The notes beneath the pieces were generated by a model. The model worked only from the letters and a program-made list of their open reading frames with translations. It was not told where the DNA came from and did no database searches. From Mobula hypostoma (Eukaryota): a stretch of DNA of 64,000 bases. The stretch lies in contig NC_086126.1 in assembly GCF_963921235.1 (NCBI RefSeq), forward strand, positions 17,856,001 to 17,920,000. Reading direction: 5' to 3'. Made by a program: the position numbers and the translations under genes. Positions 60,849 through 64,000 of this stretch are shown here, in pieces (within the stretch, counting starts at the first letter, position 1; each line of letters opens with the position of its first letter).

Positions 60849-61150
60849 GGGCAGGCACCATGGTGGTGTAGCAGTTAGCACAATGCTATCACAGTTCAGG
60901 GTGTTCCAGAGTTGGGAGTTCAATTCCAGCGCCTTCTGCAAGGAGTTTGTACATTCTCTCCGGGACCACGTGGGTTTCCTCCAGGTGCTCCGGTTTCCTC
61001 CCACATCCCAAAGACGTACCGGTCCATCGGTTAATTGGTGATTGTAAAGTGTCCTGTGATTAGGCTGCTGTTAAATAGGTGAGTTGCTGGGTGGTGCAAC
61101 TTGTTGGGCCGGAAGGGCCCATTCCGTACTATACAGTATCGCTAAATAAA
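60849..61150 (+). mobile_element. tRNA-derived V-SINE (HE1-like)
   Basis: A-box tggtgtagcagttag, B-box gagttcaattcc, V-domain gtgggtttcctccaggtgctccggtttcctcccacatcccaaagac, taaa tail. Confidence 0.88.
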
Positions 61151-63274
61151 ATAATACAAAATAGAAATAATTATATACATATGTAATATGTTTATTATAA
61201 TTATTAAAATACATGTCTAAAAACTGCATCAAAATAGAAATAAAGTTTAATAGTTTACATTAATACTGTAAACACTTCTGGGGAGTATTTTAAATTCTAC
61301 TTTACAACTATGAATACACTACACATAAAAAGAAAATCTGAATAAACTAATTCTTTTCGTGCTCACTGTTTAAAAGTTTCACAAGTCTGTTTTCACGTCA
61401 ACATGGCACAGTCAAACTGAACAAAAGCAGGCCTGACTGGAGCACATTTTACAAGGTCTCAACTTATACCGGAGATAATTCTGTTCCAGCAATCCTTATC
61501 AAGAGCATGTTAAAAGCAAACATTTTCAAGCTGTTCCAACTGCACATAAGTTTGGGCAAAATTAAAATTATCTCCAAACTCATCACTTTTCAAGAGAACC
61601 TTGGAAAGCGGGAACAATGAAACATCGGAACAACGCAGGGGAATGAAATTGTAAAATTAATCTCTTGTTTCAGTTCCCCAATTTTCATAATTTTCTTGCT
61701 ACAAAATAACCCGTCTCACTGATAAAATGTAGGGTCTGCATTTCAAGCATATGATATTGCTGAAGAAGTGCGACTTTTTTTATACACTAAAGTGAATACA
61801 GATACGGTATCAGTCCACACAGTCGTAGAGCTCTCTTTAGTTCCTTGATGTCTGCAGCCATGTTTCCTCCATTCTCTCTCAAACATTGACTGAAGAGCAA
61901 CTGGGGTTATTCCGGAAAACGAAATGTGCAACCAACTGTCCATCAGCAATCATCAGCAACAAACCGACACCTAAAAGCAGAATCATAGTCGTTAAAACTC
62001 ATAACTATCACCATGGTCTATGAACTGTACAGATAGTCTTACAATACTTTATAAGATGGAATAGGTTGAAGATCAGGCATCAGAAATTTAAAAGGGACAT
62101 CAGGGGCAGCTTCTCAGTGCAAAGGGCGGTGTGTATGTATTTGGGATGAGCTGCCAGATACAGGACAGTGCAAAAGTCTCAGGCACACATACACAGCGAA
62201 GGCTTTTGCACGGTGCTGTACTTGTCAACGTGGAGCAGAGAGCGAGTTTGTAACTCCGGCAGGAGCAAAGGATGTTGGGAATAGTGAGCGTGGAGCGCCG
62301 TGGGAGGGGTGTGGGACAGGTGGAAGCAGAGGAGTGCCAGGGGTGGGGGTTTGCTGTAGGTGCAGATACACCCAGCCCTGAGACAACCGGCAAGGTCACT
62401 TGATGCCAAACAATTGGTTTATTAATCATTCCAGGATGTCTCTCTGGTGCTTCCCTCTCCCTTCCCCTTTTCCCAACCATGATTTTCCTCTCCTTGCCCC
62501 CTTCCCACTCTCAGTCCACAATAGAGACCCATAGGTTTATCACCACTCACATATGCCATAAAATTTGTTTTTTTTTGCAGCAGTATAGTGCAATATATAA
62601 AATTACTAGAGTACTGTTTGGTCGAAGTCTGTGAAGAGTAAGAATTTCAAGTTGTATACTGTATACATTCTCTGATATTAAACTGAACCATTGAACATTT
62701 AAAAACCATCTAGTGCATGGATTGGAGAGGTTTAAAGAGCTGTGATCCAAACATGAGCAGATGAGAGTAGATTGCTGTATAACATGGTCAGCAGAGGCAA
62801 TTTAGGCCAAAGGGCCTGACTCTATGACTAACTATGATAACATCATTTCAGCATTGTATCTCTGTTAAGCTGCAAAAAGAAATTTAGTGCTCATTGTCCA
62901 GTAGAGTCTGATTTAACTATTCAGAGGTGAATTGAATAATGAATCTACAGCATTTTTATAACATTTTTCAAGAAAATCTATTCAGACTCACCCAATGCCA
63001 ACCACCATTGCCATACTAAAGGAAATTCGACCATCACTGTAAATGAAATGAAACCCGAATTTAATGACTTCGCAGTGTTTCACATCTTGACATACGATTC
63101 TTAAAACAAGCAAAACGAGGAGGAATTTCTTTAGCAAGAGGATGGTGAATCTTTGGAATTCACTGCCACAGATGGCTGTGGAGGCCAAGTCACTGGGTCT
63201 GTTTAAAGCAGAGGTTGATAAGTTCTTGATTAGTAAGGGCGTTGAAGGTTACGGGGAGAAGGTAGGAGAATGGG

Positions 63275-63592
63275 GCAGCACAGTAGCATAGTGGCTAGGA
63301 AAAGTTTTACAGTAACATCAACCTGGGTTTAATTCCCGGTGCTGCCTGTAAGGAGTTTATACGTTCTCCCCTGTGACCGTGTCGGTTTCCTCCAGGTGCT
63401 CTGGTTTTCTCCCACAGTCCAAAGTTGTACCGGTTAGTAGATTAACTGGTCATTGTAAATTGACCTGTGATTAGGCTGGGATTAAATTGGGAGATTGCTG
63501 GGTGGCGCGGTTCGAAGGGCAGGAAAGGCCTACTCCACACGGAATATCAATAAATAAACAAACAAACAAACACAGATACGAGTAAATAAATA
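63275..63592 (+). mobile_element. tRNA-derived V-SINE (HE1-like) inserted in a CR1 3' fragment (about 63115-63650)
   Basis: A/B boxes, V-domain, (taaa/caaa)n tail; aatggg on both sides. Confidence 0.85.
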
Positions 63593-64000
63593 AATGGGAT
63601 TGAGAGGGATAATACATCAGCCACGATGGCTTGGCGCAGCAGACTTCTACTTCCAACAAAGTTGGGGCTTTGCTGTAAATAACGAAGATTAAATATTACG
63701 TTTTACATTGGGTTCCCTTTTTTCTGAATTAAGGCCCATGAAGATCAGTAATGTGTAGCATTACTGAATACAGAAATAGGTAAATAAACGTTGATCTTAT
63801 AGTTCTCATCTTTTCATTCAAATCACAGAGTAGAGGAAGACCATTTCCCCACCACCAGCACCCAGAAGATCAGCCCGTAGTCCTTTCCCAAACTCCAGGC
63901 AATTATTTCCCTTTTTGCCTATCCAGTTCCTTTTTCAAAATGGTTTCTTACCACCCTGACAGCTGATCAGTTCAAAATTGTAAGGATTCTGCATGAAATG

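Noticed and set aside
60849-60940. tRNA genes at the SINE heads (also 63275)
   Set aside because: A/B boxes run into the V-domain; these are SINE promoters, not tRNAs.
61740-61985. Possible terminal exon of a minus-strand gene (acceptor ctgcttttag near 61972, AT-rich downstream)
   Set aside because: No recognisable protein in any frame; splice signal alone is insufficient.
62185-62545. Probable interspersed repeat
   Set aside because: Looks repeat-like but no termini, TSD or coding motif could be established.

Overview
Vertebrate genomic DNA, most likely a cartilaginous fish such as a ray or shark (inferred from HE1/V-SINE-like SINEs and the CR1/Rex1/Penelope repeat mix; not proven). The left 28 kb is a replication-dependent histone cluster with five intact intronless genes, all on the minus strand (H1, H2A, H2B, H2B, H4; no H3 in the window). 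Each gene has a 3' stem-loop and a U7-type downstream element. Two orphan histone promoters (H2A-type and H4-type) remain where the coding sequence is gone. The rest is mostly nested transposable elements: CR1, Rex1/Babar, an I/Nimb-like LINE, Tc1, hAT, Gypsy-type LTR pieces and SINEs. There is also an orphan CpG promoter and an isolated last exon of MECR. The most interesting system is a near-intact Neptune-type Penelope-like retroelement (RT plus GIY-YIG) whose 3' terminal repeat carries a minimal type I hammerhead ribozyme. About ten non-autonomous copies of that repeat lie across the window, some with their own target-site duplications and some as fold-back dimers. Two have junctions exactly at the predicted self-cleavage site. 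TE boundaries without a stated TSD are approximate.
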